From Zygnema circumcarinatum SAG 698-1b (Eukaryota > Plantae > Zygnematophyceae): a DNA stretch of 64,000 nucleotides. Positions 63,460-64,000 of this stretch are shown here, in pieces. The notes under the pieces are model-generated. The model saw nothing but the letters and a program-made list of their open reading frames with translations, did not search any database and had not been told where the DNA came from. The first letter of the stretch is position 1, and the number at the start of each line of letters is the position of its first letter. The stretch is from positions 1,645,361-1,709,360 of the forward strand of contig CM074805.1 in assembly GCA_037447605.1 (NCBI GenBank), read 5' to 3'. Position numbers and translations under genes: made by a program.

Positions 63460-63925
63460 GCTTAGGCATGCAGGCATGCAGGCGTGCAAACCCAAGCAGG
63501 ATGGCGGAAACAGCTTCTTGCTTGCATGAGCCCGGCTGCCTTAGCCGGCGTGTTTGTCTGCCTACCTGCTTTAGTCTGCTTGCATGTTTGGGCTGCCTTC
63601 CTTTCTGCTTTTTTGCTTGAGCCCGCTATTATGCCTTGCCTGAGCCCGCCTGCTTCGGCCTGCTTTCTGTCCCGCCTGCCTGCCAGCCTTAGCGCCCGAG
63701 TCTTCGTACTTGGCTGAGCCTGCTAAGCCTGCCTGCCTTGTCTAGTCTTCCTCCCAGGCAAGGCAGTAGGCTAAGGCAGGCAAGGCAGACTCAGACAGGC
63801 AGGGAGGCAGGTGTAGGCTCAGGGTTAGGCGCGCAGGTTCAGGCAGGCAGGGAAGGCGCAAGCTCAAGCAGGTAGGCAGACTCAGGCAGGGCAGGCTCAA
63901 GGTCAGGCAAGGCGTAGGAGCCACG
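63460..63925. repeat. Degenerate (AGGC/GCCT)n low-complexity tract with a strand switch near 63750
   Basis: GCCTGCCT-rich for about 63540-63740, then AGGCAGGC-rich for 63755-63925. Confidence 0.7.
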
Positions 63926-64000
63926 GCGATTAATGATAGAACATACCATTGACTCGGAACACCTGCCTCAAGGAACAGGTGGTCATGACACAGGACAAAC

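Noticed and set aside
1-64000. tRNA, rRNA and snRNA genes
   Set aside because: No cloverleaf with proper T-loop and acceptor stem and no rRNA or snRNA signature recognised by eye; tRNAscan-SE or Infernal would be needed to exclude them.

Overview
Eukaryotic, intron-rich nuclear DNA from a photosynthetic streptophyte. Nuclear NdhO, a KAI2 and a plant-type hybrid histidine kinase at about one gene per 7 kb suggest a streptophyte alga, possibly Klebsormidium-like (inference). Nine spliced protein genes were reconstructed by hand: NdhO (-), an N-myristoylated LRR protein (+), a DUF1639-like protein (+), a hybrid PAS/HisKA/HATPase/REC histidine-kinase-like protein (-), KAI2 (-), CPSF73-II/INTS11 (-), an ABC1K9-like kinase (-), COQ8/ABC1 (-) and a SAM methyltransferase (+). 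Non-coding features include a 903-bp foldback MITE plus a solo arm, a 4.8-kb composite repeat block with a perfect 72-bp palindrome, GA/TG microsatellites and a 1.9-kb duplication around an N-gap that is probably an assembly artefact. The most interesting signal is KAI2 sitting co-oriented, under 400 bp upstream of a PAS-containing hybrid kinase. That kinase's phospho-acceptor His is replaced by Tyr (MSYQLRTP for MSHELRTP) while the ATP-binding and receiver motifs stay intact. The layout recalls the bacterial rsbQ-rsbP hydrolase/PAS-sensor pairing and may be a bicistronic unit. All homology statements come from motif recall, not database searches.
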